Assembly (NCBI GenBank): GCA_024679065.1
Contig: JAGIQG010000016.1
Location: 8,618,001-8,682,000 of the forward strand
DNA: 64,000 nt
Source of the DNA: Sphyrna mokarran
Lineage: Eukaryota
Direction of reading: 5' to 3'
In this document: positions 1 through 12,928 of the stretch, one piece after another
Position numbering within the stretch: position 1 is the first letter of the stretch
Layout: the number at the start of each line of letters is the position of its first letter
Program-made: the position numbers and the translations under genes
Notes under the pieces: model-generated
Database searches by the model: none
Told to the model about the DNA's origin: nothing
The model's input: the letters and a program-made list of their open reading frames with translations, nothing else

Positions 1-799
1 ATGAAATACAGATTGAGATTTTGAGATTGAAGGGTTCAAAAATATACGGAGACACGTGCCCTCATGTCTTGATTCTGCCAGTAATATGGGCCATTATTAT
101 CATTTTATGGTCTAGAAAGGTAGAAGGGGTTTAAGATGCTTTCTTTTACACAGAAAATAGTCATGATTACAGCTCGCTCTCACTAATATGGTTGAAGTAA
201 AGAATCATCAAACGTTTCAGCAATGAATTTAATGGAGACTTCAGTGAAACAAACCTGCAAAAAGTTGGTAATAGTGCAGTGGGAGTGACTGCATAGTTCT
301 GAAGAGGGCATAATGAAATAAGTATGCCCAGTAACTTTAAAAAAAAAGTTCTGTATTTTAAAGCGAAGAACACAAATGTGTTCTTCATGTGAATACCAGC
401 TGTCGCTTCTGTAACTTCATGTACTGAGGATTATTTTAGTATAGTAATGACAATCTTTCAAAGACTCGATGAACAAAAGTCATTTTTATGGAAATTACTT
501 GAAGGGACGATTCAAATTGAGGGTAAACCAGGCAAACTGTGGCAAAGAAATGGGGGGTGGGTGGGTTGTGGGGTTGGGAGGAGAGGCGGGGGAGGTGGTT
601 GGGGTGGGGTGTGGAATGACGTTGCACCCAGGTAAATCACTTAACCTTTCATTGCAATTAAAGCATAACTTGATCACAACCATTTAATGAGACAGGAAAA
701 GACTACTTGGACTTTATTTCTGCGCTATTCGGAAGGAAAAAAAAGCAGCGAGCATGTCAAATTCCAATTTCCAACATTGCGTTCCTAGAATTGCAACAT

Positions 800-1440
800 T
801 CTGCATTTGAATTCAATGCTCAATCAGTTATTCAATGTTTTGAGGGTTTCAGTCTCGATTACATTTCCAAGCAGGAATTCCCACACCACAATAACTACCT
901 GGTGACTTATCCCTTCCCCTACCCCAATCTTCCCCCTAATGATTTTGTCAATTACGTTGAAGATACATCTTATATTCCAAGATCATTGAGCTATATGAAA
1001 ATAAGCCCAGTTCTTCCAATCTCTCGAGGCTCCTCATAAATTTATGCATCCCAAAGACATCTTTCTCAACCTCACATTTCCTGGCAGAGTAGGTTGGCCT
1101 ATCAAACCTGTGTTTGAATTTTGCAATTTCCCAATTATTGCAGCATTCTCGTAAATATCCACTATGCCCTCCAAATTGCACGCGAATCTTGTCTGCAATG
1201 TGGTCTCTACAACTACTCGCAAATATTGAATGAAGTAGGGTTTGATTTCGTTGCAGATTAATTATCTCATCTTCTACAGTCTGCTTTGGCGAACAAATGA
1301 CATAATCCCAAAAGCCTTTCTAAACAATTTATCAAAATATCCTGCTACCTGCAGAAACATTTGGACAATCATCCCAACGTCCCTCATGTAAAGTACATTA
1401 ACGACTTTCTACACATATTTGCTTAGATAATGTCGATTAT
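800..1440 (-). mobile_element. Highly decayed CR1 LINE 3' fragment
   Basis: Minus strand retains traces of the CR1 ORF2 C-terminal region (aaaggcttttgggattatgtcatttg, resembling KKAYGMLAFI); many stops. Confidence 0.45.
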
Positions 1441-1649
1441 CTATTGATCATAGTTGGCTCTCTCAGCTTGGCGCATAGGACACGGGACGATTTCTACTGT
1501 CAAGGACACAAAATGGATAACATCATTACTTTCGGTCGGATATTGCTAATATTTGGACAAGAGTGGTTATCTACTATGGATTACGCGATCTCACATTTGC
1601 CGCGGTGATTACATCATCTAAATGTAATTCTATCGGACTGGTGGTCATG

Positions 1650-1681
1650 TCAGTAAAGAAGACCATCCCGGCACTGGCTGC
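1650..1681 (-). CDS. Probable terminal coding exon, (G)SQCRDGLLY-stop
   Basis: Strong acceptor ccttatttctttcag|GCAGCC lies 271 nt downstream of the 1953 donor. The phase-1 frame reaches TGA at 1652-1650. Minus-strand AATAAA at 718-713. Confidence 0.5.
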
Positions 1682-1952
1682 CTGAAAGAAATAAGGTTTA
1701 TTTTTAATTAAATAAAGAAAAAAAAATAAAAAGTTCCCTCATTGACTTGTTTCCTATCATCTTTGATAATAGCGATACATTTGTAACATTTGTCATACCC
1801 GTACGAAACCAAATAGTGCTTTGGAAGGGAGATAATTAAAAAAAAAATAATGTTAACCCTCCGGTGCAAGGACAGATAATTTGCGTTGAAGCAGCAATTT
1901 TCCAAAACATCGTGTTTCCTTGAAAAAAAAATCTGTTCATTTGCATGCTTAC

Positions 1953-1979
1953 CCCTATCTTTGCGGCTAAAATTTAGAC
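1953..1979 (-). CDS. 27-nt micro-exon GLNFSRKDR
   Basis: atgcttcaccag|GTCTAAATTTTAGCCGCAAAGATAGGG|gtaagc; Lys at position 7. Confidence 0.85.
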
Positions 1980-2132
1980 CTGGTGAAGCATAAATAGAAT
2001 GGAATAAATTCAGAGAACTATTAGAATTCACAATCAGCGAGTAGTGATTTGCTTGGACTGTGGCTGATTATTATTTATCAGCGTTTAGAGGCTAGCTTGG
2101 TGTTGAACAGTGGCTGAGAAAATTCATCATCC

Positions 2133-2731
2133 TTTCATTCATCTGTTGTAGCGTCTGCATGGTCTCCCCAATGTGCCATGCTTCCGGACATCCTTCGGGA
2201 CAATGGATGAATGAACATCGCTCGACAATCACCAGGGAATTCTGTTTCCTTCCTGTTGACGAACACTTCAGCGGCCCCCGGCATTCGGCCTCTGACCTTC
2301 GGGTATGCATTCTCCAAAGCATCCTTCACGACGTACGACAACGCAGAATCGCTGAGCAGAGGCTGATAGCAAAATTCGGCACACATGAGGACGGTCTCAA
2401 CAGGGATCTTGGTTTATGTCGCACTATCTGTAACCCCCACGACTTGCCTGGGTTTGCTAAACCACACTTACTGTACTGTCTGGAGATATCTCTTTAAACT
2501 GGGCTTATTGCTCCTTCCACTAACATCGTTGGCCTCTTTAATACTTGAATAGCATGTTAGGTGTAAAGACTCGCATTCTAATTAGTAATATGTAAACTGT
2601 GTGTGCTATTACATGCTCTGTCTGAGGCCTGAACTCTCCATTGGCCTGACGAAGGGGCAACCCCGAAAGCTTGCGAGTTTACAATCAAATAAATTGGTTG
2701 GACTTAAACCCGCTGTTGTCAGATTTCTTAC
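2133..2731 (+). mobile_element. Penelope-like element 3' fragment (GIY-YIG endonuclease C-terminus plus pseudo-LTR) with inverted 5' piece
   Basis: Plus ORF MNEHRSTIT...LPVDEHFS...HSASDL...RRIAEQRLIAKFGTHEDGLNRDLG; minus ORF GCPEAWHIGETMQTL; ends aataaattggttggacttaaacc...gatttcttac. Confidence 0.85.
2640..2676 (+). ncRNA. Minimal hammerhead-ribozyme-like motif in the Penelope pseudo-LTR
   Basis: CTGACGA (2646-2652), GGGG-CAA-CCCC hairpin, GAAA (2665-2668), palindrome AAGCTT (2667-2672). Confidence 0.6.
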
Positions 2732-3564
2732 CAAGCTCAGGAACGAAAGAGAGATTATAAGTGAGAAGGAGAGACCAAATAAGCGAGAAGTACTCAGGCA
2801 CCATCATTTCTTCGTTAGTTTAAATACGCTCTGCACGATTACTCAGTAAATATGTTCAACGCTGCTGCAGACTGGAGTGAGGCTGAACACTCTTGGGAAA
2901 AAAAAAATGGACTTGGACGAAGATAGAAACAATTCCGACATTCGGAAACACGCCGATGATGAGGCTGTAAAAGCTACATTCTTCTTTCGGGAAGGTTAGG
3001 ACAAACAACACGATCTCTGATATTTTGTCATCATGATTGTATTCCCATATAAGACATGAGATGTATGATTGCATCTTGCGATATTTCTGTGGAACGGTAT
3101 TGATGCGGTCAGGAGATACCCTTTGTTCTCTCATAAACAATGTTGTTGATGTATTCGGGGGTGACCTGGAAGTTAGCCATTCTACAATGTGGTTCCAAAA
3201 ACATAATTCGTGCGTATCTTGTCGCCAAGGGTCCTACTTCATTCTCTGACCTCGAGCTTCAATCTCAAGGATAAAAAGATCAATTTGTGAGCCAAAAGAA
3301 TCCAAAGGGCTTGCGTAATTCTATCGAGGAAACTACATAAATGTACGTTTCCAATGACAGGAATAATCCAAACGTTTACGTCTTTATGCATGCATTTGAT
3401 TTTTCTCTTCCCGCAAAAAAATCATTTTTCTTAGAAAACACAGTCGTCTTCATCACTTGTGTTTCATTCCAAACGGCAATTAGGCTCATACTAATGGATG
3501 TAAAAGTGAACAAGACAACTTGATCGGTCAACACGGCACCATTAAATCGATTAATTATACCCAC

Positions 3565-3600
3565 CTAGGTCATTAAGGTTTTCTTTCAGTTTATCGAGTG
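3565..3600 (-). CDS. 36-nt micro-exon ALDKLKENLNDL
   Basis: tcgtcatttgcag|CACTCGATAAACTGAAAGAAAACCTTAATGACCTAG|gtgggt. Confidence 0.9.
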
Positions 3601-3974
3601 CTGCAAATGACGAGATAGAATAAGTTGAAATTTCATCTGACATATGTCTGAATCGAATAAGATTTATTTAAGTGAGAGTAGCACATTGATTGTTCGTATT
3701 ACGTCATGGAACTGACCAAACCTGATGTGATAGGTCATGTGGATGAAATGTTAATTGGAAAGTTTGGCATGGAATCCGCGAGGAACATTAGAATTAAGTC
3801 AGTAGATCAACACTAGGTTATGCAAATTGACCCAATGACTTGAATTTGATTCAATCACGTAAGTGAGGATTACATCATTGCTTTATGATATTAACGCGAG
3901 GAAGCAAATCTTTGTTAGTATTGGAAGATGCATTGGATCATGACTCATGTTTGGTATTCAACTTCATTGCTTTC

Positions 3975-4352
3975 ATTGCCTACAAAAGATGGTGAATGTA
4001 GCCCAATCCATCACGGAAAACAGCCTCCGATCCATTGACTCTGACTATACTTCCCACTGCGTCGGCAAAGCAGCCCTAGTTAGGGACTCCACACACCCTG
4101 GACATTCTCTCTTCCACCTTCTTCCGTCGGGAAAATGATACAAAATCTTAGGTCACGTGCCAACCGACTCAAGATCAGCTTCTTTCCTGCTGCTGTCAGA
4201 CTTTTGAATGGACTTACCTTTCATTAAGTTGATCTATGACTATAACATTAATTCTACACTCTCCATGGACAGTATACTTTGCTTCCTTAATACGCAAGGA
4301 ACAATACTTTTCTCTGTACGTTAATACATATAACAATAAATCAAATCAAATC
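3975..4352 (+). mobile_element. Rex1/Babar-type LINE 3' fragment
   Basis: LQKMVNVAQSIT...L.SIDS.YTSHC.GKA....DSTHPGHSLFHLLPSGK; aataaatcaaatcaaatc tail. Confidence 0.8.
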
Positions 4353-4465
4353 GAACTTAATGACATTGTCAGAGCTACATTGAATGTTTTGATCCAAATA
4401 ATCTCTACCAACTGGCGATTTAAACGACACCGAGGAACCATCATTTGCTTGCAATACAAAAAAGA

Positions 4466-4610
4466 ACAGGTTAAAGTCTCCTAGGTTTATTTGGTAGCAC
4501 GAAAATTCGGAGTGCTGCTCCTTCAAATAAACCTGTTGAGCTTTGACTTGGTGTTGCGAGACGTTTTAATGTACCTATCCCACCCTAACGCCAACATCGC
4601 CACATCATGC
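4466..4610. mobile_element. Two back-to-back inverted Penelope pseudo-LTR remnants
   Basis: Minus strand gaaggagcagcactccgaa...caaataaacctaggagactttaacctg abuts plus strand caaataaacctgttgagctttgacttggtgttgcgagac. Confidence 0.65.
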
Positions 4611-6229
4611 TTCCAAAAATGACTTGCATTGTAGTGTCCATAGCGCAATCACCTGTTTAATGACAGAGTGTAATAGAAAATGTCATTCATTTTATCTCCG
4701 ATTTATTTCGAGTGCCAACTCTGCAGAGAAGTGATGAGCAACATTTCGTAATGTTATAGCAACCATGTAAATGCAACTTGTTTCTATCCTTAGAAATCAA
4801 CTGCGTTCCGGGTATATTGATGTATTAATAGATTTAATGACCGAATTCACTGCAGTCAGTTAGAATTCCAAATGTAGCATAGATCTGACTTTTAGAATAG
4901 CTGGTCAGATCAGAATTGCCCAGCGAAATACCACAGGACCAGCGTTCAGTTCTCCTGGCATTAGCCAACTTATCGCACTGCCATCCGTGCTCCTATTCAC
5001 CCTAAGTTAACTTCAACCATCATTGATCTAATCACTGGTGTGCATTGTTCAAACTCCTCAACTATAAATTTCCAAATATATTTCTTCGAAATCAATAAGT
5101 GATGTCGCTCACTTTGTAATTTTCCGCAGGTCTCAAATATTTCATTGGTTCTGTAATGCTAGTCTTATTAGCTTCCCGCAATTGAATGATAACCAAAAAT
5201 AAATATTTAAAGTCCAATAATGTGTTTCAAAATCCTCACAGTATTTCCACCTATCTTTATGCAATGTGGATGTTTTTCTTTCTGATAATGGTCTATTTCA
5301 CTATTTTCTACTCATTTAAATTATTTGTTTCTACAGCTTAATATAGGGCTTCTGTGAGGTTTTATGAAGTCCCATGAGCTAATAATATTGGCAATGGTGC
5401 TGTAGCTGATGATCCCCGAAACAAAGTAGTAACATATTCGACAAGATCGCTTTAGCAATGAAGACAGTTAATGAAAATATATTTATTACAAATACGTAAA
5501 TACTATTTCCTCAGTCTTACCGATATCCTCTGAATGTCCCGTGTTCTGCATGTTGTGTTTGGTTGAAATGATGTAGATATATTGAGAAATATAAGTAAAA
5601 TGAGTCAGGACTCAGAATTTGCTCACGTTGAAATAGGAAGGATAAAGTTGAGATGAATTTTGTCATAAAAGAGATGATTGTCAGATACGTACATAAAACG
5701 TCTTTATTGACAATGTTGTGGGAAAAAGTAACATTACGAAGTTTGAGAGATAATCGTTTTCAGTAACAATGAAGTGAAGTTTTATTCTCATACTTAGCGG
5801 ACAATATCACTACGGTAGCTTTTGGAAATGAAATTGATGTAATTTATACAATAAAATTGAAAGTTCATCGGTGAAGCGGTGGACATGCCAAAGTTATCTG
5901 CCGTTGGGGAAAAATAAACAAACAGACCGTCCATTCCACGAATAACTTTTCAGCATGCAACTCTTTCCTCCTTTTCAAATCTGGGCAATATATGACTCTA
6001 GACTACCATGACACGATAACTATCAATTGCCCTTTGTATTTGTCAAATACACCTAGAGGCATTACGGGTGGCCAACAGATATTTGTTTTGCCAGCGAATC
6101 TCAAAAATCCATGTAAGTATTTAAAAATGTACAGTTGCTGCGGTAAGGTGAGCTTAATTAGTATACTTGGAACGAACACGTCAAAATGCTGAGACGATCA
6201 CTGAATGTTATAGTCCCTAAAGTGTAGAT

Positions 6230-6530
6230 AGAAACCATTTTGCCCAACGACCAAGCGCCGACTCTGACAGAACAGGCCCACTCCCACGCCCTATCCACAT
6301 AAACTTACATATTCAGCAGGGCGAATCGCTTTAAGCAGCGTGTCCTGGGACACAAAAGTAGAATTTAACATGACCAATCTGCCTAACATGCATACATATG
6401 GACTCTAGGAGGAAACCTGAGCACCCGGAACAAACCGATGGAAACACGGGTAGATCATGCAAACTCTAGACATGCAGGCCCACGAGGGTCCAGTTTAGTG
6501 AGGCAGCACTATTAACTAGTATGATACGGT
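6230..6530 (-). mobile_element. Decayed V-SINE (HE1-like)
   Basis: ggaggaaacctgagcacccggaacaaacc...tgcaaactc is the reverse complement of a V-domain core. Confidence 0.65.
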
Positions 6531-6900
6531 GTTGAATCAATTAAAGTAGATTGAGTGCAGCATCCTGAGAAGCTTGACCCAATTGACTAAAACGCATCCA
6601 TTGGCCTTATCTATCATTCTTTTAAATAGTTATATTTATATCTTTGATATAATAATTGCCCCAGTCTAGGAAACATGAGATGGAATGTTAAATGCTGCTC
6701 TGTCTTTTGTACGTGATTTTTTTTCTGGATATGGGATTGTTAAAAATTGAAAAAAAATTCAATGCATCCGAACTTCAGCAAATGAGAGGAGCGAGATAAT
6801 ATGCAATGTGTTGCAGAAGGAAATTCAAATAGCAGGAAAACTGGTAAGACGTATGATAAGGATGTAGACGTAAAATGTCCAGTAAGCCCCCTCCTCTTAC

Positions 6901-6927
6901 CTTTCTGTTTGTTTGCAAGCTTTAGTT
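6901..6927 (-). CDS. 27-nt micro-exon ELKLANKQK
   Basis: tattctctttag|AACTAAAGCTTGCAAACAAACAGAAAG|gtaaga. Confidence 0.9.
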
Positions 6928-7679
6928 CTAAAGAGAATATGGCGGGTGGCATAGATAGCAAATTATATTCTCAAAACAACATTTTGAATGCTCATATTGA
7001 AACATAAAAAAGAGCGTAATTCGTTGTAGCATTTAGCTTGCTCATGTCCACAGTTCTTTTAATTACTAGGCGTGGCACCATGGAATATGACTTGTGTAAG
7101 ATCGTGCAGCTGCCAGCTCTCTTTGAGTAGCGGTATGGACTCGAGTATAAAACCAATTGTCTTTCTTTTTTCCCTCCTAAATGCTCTATACACTTGATGG
7201 GAGTAGTAATGATGATCATGACGAAATAGGAAAGTGGTGGTAAATTTGGTATTTGTTCCAAAGAATTATTTCAGGTGTTGTAGGCCAACCGACTTCCTTG
7301 CCTGCTGCACTGATCACTAATTCGCAGATTAAAAAAAAAGCAACGGATTAAGTGCGAATGCAAATCATCACTGTTCAGATAGGGGAAAAAAGAACACAAT
7401 GTTGCCCGGGCTTAACGATCAAGCCTTTCTTTCTGTCGCTGAAAGGCCCTCGATCAGCATTAGGTTTGATTGCATAGCTTTTGATTCGAGAAAAAAAAAG
7501 ACACGATAAACATGTTATCGTTTTTAACCAATCGATGGGAAGATCATTCATGGAATCAAAATGACAATTAGTTCTAGCATTATTTTAGCACGCCAGGCTT
7601 GCATTTAACTCTCACAACACGTTCCATAAACGTGAGGGTACTTTTCTTGATATAACAGGAAGTGGAATTACATTACATT

Positions 7680-7960
7680 TGAAGATTTATTTATTAGTGT
7701 CAGAAAAAAAGGCTTATATGGACGTTGCAATGACATTACTTTGAAAATCACCTAGCCGACAGTCCAGCGACTGTTCGGGTACACTGAGGGAAAATTCTAG
7801 CATGGCCAATGCAGCTAACCACAATCTATGATTCAGACTGCTGGACGAAGTCGAATCACCCCGAGGATACATGGGGGGAATATGCAAAGCCCACAAAGGC
7901 AGTGAAGAAAACCAAGGCTCGAATCCAGAGTTGTGGCACTGTGATGCTGCAATGCTGCCC
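7680..7960 (-). mobile_element. Decayed tRNA-derived SINE
   Basis: Plus strand tttattagtgtc...tgcaatgacattact...gggtacactgagggaaaattctagcatggccaatgc...tcgaatccag matches shark SINE layout in reverse, with a B-box remnant. Confidence 0.6.
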
Positions 7961-8247
7961 CTCCTAAAGTGCAAATATTGAGGTACATGAATTAGTAAGA
8001 GCAAATTAGACTACTGCATTTAAGGATAAAATAGTTGAAAAATCAGAATTGAAATAACTTAATGTTCTTATGTGGCACTTAACAGCCGAGTTGAAGCTAT
8101 GTAGGAGGAGGCTCGATTCAAGCTGCTGTTCTGATATGAACAACTGAGCCAGTCGCTATGGTGGCATGTTCTAAAGTTTGCTTAATTCGAAAGGAATAAT
8201 GAACCCGAGCTGAATATTGGTGAGAAAAATAGTGAACATCTACTTAC

Positions 8248-8283
8248 CGCAATCTTCGTAGTCACTTTTTAGTTTATCGACCA
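8248..8283 (-). CDS. 36-nt micro-exon VVDKLKSDYEDC
   Basis: cttttcttcgacag|TGGTCGATAAACTAAAAAGTGACTACGAAGATTGCG|gtaagt. Confidence 0.9.
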
Positions 8284-10370
8284 CTGTCGAAGAAAAGGGA
8301 GATACTGTAACATATATGGCTGGATTCGAGAGGAGCCAAATGTTATGGATGATGCAGCTTGTTTTGCAGAATCGGTCACAACAGACAACACACCAACTTA
8401 GTGAACAAAGCTCAAAAGACTGTTCAACATATATCGAGCTGAGAAATGATGAAAATTGCCGGACATAAAGCTGGATTACTGCGAATCTGTGAGTAAAGTT
8501 TACAGCGAAATATATAAATAGGATTGTCATTCAAAATGGAATAGAGGTTGTCGTTTTCTGTCGGTCCGATTTGCTTGCTATTCGAACTCGAAGAATTCGG
8601 AAGCTTGGAAGGCAATGACGAAAAAAAAAACTATAATGCATTTCTGCAGTGCTCTTTGAAATTAGCTCACATTAAATCTAACTTGGGCAGAGAGATTCAA
8701 TTTTCAAAATGACGGCTGAGATGAAGCGCCATAAAGCTCTTAGCTATGAATGCTGACAAACCTCTCCTTTTTTCCATGTAATGCATACATCTGGGCAACT
8801 GCGGAATATGCCACCACACTTGTGGCTTTTAAAAACATCACATTCATTGAGTAAGTGAAGTATGGTTGGCATACCCATATTAATTTATGCACAGTAACTT
8901 AACGTTTCTCGTGATGGGCATTCCACAGTATGTTCACGTTGAGCGATGCAAAGTTCCTAATGTTAAATGCATGGTATAGTGGTGAATGTTTATCTTGTGT
9001 GAAATGCTAATTGCCTGACCATTATTCAGGAAGTGTTACTTGGAACATTTCAACCCAAGTCTTCCTATTGCCCGTATCTTACTTTTTGCACGTAGGGAAG
9101 GACACATTGTATTTCTAATGACTTTGAGAACTTTTCGCAAAATATGTTTCCTCTTAAAATAATGTTAAGGAGAAGATGGCCCATGAAAGAAGTAAAATGC
9201 CCCTGCCCATGAATCTAACCTAGAAAAAAAAGTCTGAAGAAACGTTATGCTGCTGAAGTGTCTATTTTTCAACAACCACATCTACTTTATTTTGCTTATT
9301 TTAATAAGATTTAAGCCAATGCTATTTTATTCAATATAATCCCATCTGCTACATTGACAAATTATGCCACAAATATTTATTTTGGGTGTCAATCTGTTTA
9401 TAATCTAATGAGTCTAACAAACATTGTGTCAGCTAATGCGATACAGGTAACTGTTAATTAGGCCAGTCGTACAGTCACTGTCATTAAAAAAAAATACACG
9501 TAGACAGAGAGTAAACTTTTGATTGATGTTATACCATAACAGAGCACGAGGTACGAGGAAGAACACAAGTGCCACTATATTTTGTAAATTATGTTGCGCA
9601 ACATTAATATCGCTGCGAAAGCCAGAATTTGGTGAATGTCCATTATTTATCTTAAATTCCGTGACTTGCAAATTAATTTCAGGTAAAAAAGGTTGAGAAT
9701 CAACCATGTTGTCGTAAAATTAGAACCAGATTAGATTAAATGGCAGTCGTGATCCAAATGGTTTCTCAAAAATGGTTCCATCATCATCGAATGTGCAGTT
9801 GCAGACTTTTTGGTTATTCAAATTTCCGAAGTGGGATTTGAGCACAGGTTCCCGGTGAAGAGATTACCCATTCAGTGACAGCACCATTAAAACATGACTT
9901 ACGGTTAAGATCAAAACAATTCACCGAATGCCGTTCTGGTATTCTTAGTTATCATGGAGGTCGGAAATGCAATATGCGAATAAATTGGATAAATAGCCGA
10001 GACCTGTCTGGTCTGTGAAACTGTAGAATGGACAATTTTCACTATCGGCATTTGAATCATTTTAGCCTGCATGTTTAACATTACCAGTCACTCAATCTCA
10101 GGCACACCTTTTCCTAATCCCTCTTACACCGATACAATATCTAGGGAGACTTGTTTTATTGTTTCTCTAAAACATTTTATTTTAAATCTGTCGGCTTTCT
10201 CTTCAGCTTGTATCTATTTATAGACCCTCGATCGATCAATTTACACGATTTTTCTGCTTGCGCCATGCACTTCTGCACTTTCTCAAATTTGATATCACAT
10301 CCTCGAACAGCTGTTTTATACCTCGTTGATTTTTTTATGCTTGTATATGTAAATATGTGGATGCAGTTAC

Positions 10371-10397
10371 CTGATTCTTTGGACTTTATCTTTCCGT
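10371..10397 (-). CDS. 27-nt micro-exon DGKIKSKES
   Basis: ttttttcttgtag|ACGGAAAGATAAAGTCCAAAGAATCAG|gtaact. Confidence 0.9.
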
Positions 10398-10929
10398 CTA
10401 CAAGAAAAAAAAAGAAACAATTATTAACATTGCAACAACAGGACTATAGAGGTGATAATTCATCCACAGAGCAGCATATAACTGGAGAGAAATTAATATT
10501 GACGGCAATTATTTTTTGGCCGTAACTTTTTAGTTTCCAATTACAGTACCAATTTCATATGCACGTCCTCTAATTACATTTAGAATTGCCATCAGCCTAG
10601 AAGAATAATACAGTGAAAATACTGATCATTCTGTATTTGAATCCAGTGTAACATTTGTGCCAATAATTTATCTGTTAAAATATCCTATTTTTCTTGGCAT
10701 TATAAAAATAACTAACACAGACCCAGTTCCGCCGATCCAGGCTCTCGAATTAGTGAGTATATGATTCCTGTCAGACGGGTTGGTTTGATCAAACAACATC
10801 TTCAGCCTCCGTCTGATCAGAATGGAGTAGGTGCAAGTTTCAATCCAGTACCTTGAAATAATGTGGAAACTGATGTTCAATCGTTGTACTGCTGAAAGTG
10901 CCAAATCTCTGTTAAAACCTGAAACTATT

Positions 10930-11391
10930 ATAGAACATAGAACATAGAACATTACAGCACAGAACAGGCCCTTCGGCCTTCGATGTTGCGCCGACCAATA
11001 TAAAAAGCAATGCCCCTCCAAACTAAACCATTCCCTTCTCTTCCATATACTTATCAACTAACCTCTTAAACGCCACCAAACTTGGCGCATCTACAACCGC
11101 TGCAGGCAGGGCATTCCACTCCCGAACCACCCTTTGGGTAAAGAACCTGCCTCTGATATCCGTCCTATAACTATCACCCCTTAATTTAAAGCTGTGTCCC
11201 CTCGTGCTAGCTTTTTCCATCCTAGGAAAAAGGCTATCACTGTCCACCCTATCTAAACCTCTAATCATCTTTTATGTTTCGATCAGGTCCCCTCTTAGCC
11301 GCCTCCTTTCTAACGAAAACAACCTCAAATTCCTCAGCCTCTCCTCATAAGACCTGCTCTCCATACCAGGCAACATCCTGGTAAACCTCCT
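10930..11391 (-). mobile_element. Young 5'-truncated CR1 (HER1-like) LINE
   Basis: Open ORF2 C-terminus IRGLDRVD...TRGHSFKLRG...FFTQRVVREWNALP; 3' UTR ccgaagggcctgttctgtgctg; (TTCTATG)n tail. Confidence 0.95.
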
Positions 11392-12252
11392 ATGAATCAA
11401 AATTTCCGACGACATGTTGAAGAGTTATCCCGTGATTGAAAAAAAAACAAGCTTTATGAAAGGTGATGTTGAATCATACGAGATAATTTTATGCTCTTAA
11501 TTGGAATGATGTTCGTGGTATCAATGTGAACAGACTTTGGTCAAAAATATCGTTTAGAAAGTGGTCTAGAAACACATTGTGTGCATTTAAGTCTAATGTC
11601 AGCATCTGGCACCGAAAAGTTCGGATCACCAACGTCTTTTTTTTTTCCCCCGCAATCTACTGTCATCTTATAAATAAGTATATTCCTCTGGATTAAAACA
11701 AGATGAGTGATGTTTGCGACTTTAACACCTCACATATTCCAAACCAGTTGAGAATCAAGTTGGCGCATTTAAGATGACATCCCGGATCTCACAAGGTAAT
11801 AAACATGTTTATTCTGTGTTAAGCGGAAACAGAGCAATGAGATAACGACCCTAAAATGCATCATTAAGGAATGTTTGATTGATAAATGAAAGAACAATTG
11901 CTCTCCTATTCTTTTCCAAACTCATGTCTTAACATCCTTTATATTCACGTTGAGAGGGAAGATGCCTTCCCCAGCAATACGTCAGCTTTTCGATATTCAA
12001 TATTTGGTTCTGGATGCCCACATTATGGAGCCCATGTCCGTAACGAAGCATTTAAATTGACAACAATTTTTGAAGACATACGTTTGGGTGCAATATCCAG
12101 TCGATGGCAGTGTGACGCTAAGGAAGATCAAAATTGCAATGAAGAGTCATTGCAATTGACATTTCAACTGCGAGGGGGATGCACATATAGATATGTCATT
12201 AAGGTGATTTATCGGCAAGAAATTAAAGATATGTTAAAATTACATAGCTCAC

Positions 12253-12288
12253 CACATTGCTTGATATTGGCTTTCATTTTCATGATAT
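12253..12288 (-). CDS. 36-nt micro-exon DIMKMKANIKQC
   Basis: atctccttacag|ATATCATGAAAATGAAAGCCAATATCAAGCAATGTG|gtgagc. Confidence 0.9.
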
Positions 12289-12647
12289 CTGTAAGGAGAT
12301 GATCTGAGTTATTTTATAGATGAATGTGAAACAATTATTAATCATTGGATTGGCTTGAATTGATGTATCACCTAAACATCTCGGCATCCTCCTTTTTAGG
12401 ATACTCAATAGAGATTGCCCAATTGTGCTTTAATTGAGTAGCAGTAGTAGTGAGCATCTTATGTGACCAAGAAAATCCAAGTTACTTTACTTTGCGACAA
12501 GATTCTGGAATGTTCCACATCTGAGGCCTCCCATATCGCTTCTAAGATATTCGATTTAATTAACGTCAATGAAACTGAATGCCGGGTATAAATGTTAAAC
12601 TAGATACATTAAAAGTTAAGTAATCTCAGTACAAACTATATACGTAC

Positions 12648-12674
12648 CTTCATCTTTCTTAGCGAGATTTTGCT
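12648..12674 (-). CDS. 27-nt micro-exon EQNLAKKDE
   Basis: ctgtaccttacag|AGCAAAATCTCGCTAAGAAAGATGAAG|gtacgt. Confidence 0.9.
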
Positions 12675-12792
12675 CTGTAAGGTACAGAGGAAATACACTG
12701 TTGAATTGAGAAGGATGACAGGGCAACTAGTAGCGTGACAAGTTTGTCATTATCAGCAAAGCTTGACAGGTTGAAATTCTTACCAAATGTAC

Positions 12793-12928
12793 AAAAGAAA
12801 ATTGTAAAGATTTTTTTCTGAGTGTTCACCTTTACGATTACGAAAGATTGTTAAAAAGAAAAGGAAATTGTGAAGACTTCTTTTTTTTCTCTGAATGTTC
12901 ATCTTTAGGATTACGAAAGATTGTTAAA
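12793..12928. repeat. Imperfect tandem duplication of about 70-80 bp
   Basis: aaattgtaaaga...tgttcacctttacgattacgaaagattgttaaa is repeated as aaattgtgaaga...tgttcatctttaggattacgaaagattgttaaa. Confidence 0.8.

Noticed and set aside
1595-1681. Reading AASAGMVFFTDMTTSPIELHLDDVITAAN as an enzyme or B30.2 fragment
   Set aside because: The resemblance is only superficial and the frame is out of phase with the upstream exons.
5521-5545. 25-nt AG/GT segment with a gtaaga donor
   Set aside because: Not a multiple of 3, and the alternation is already complete without it.
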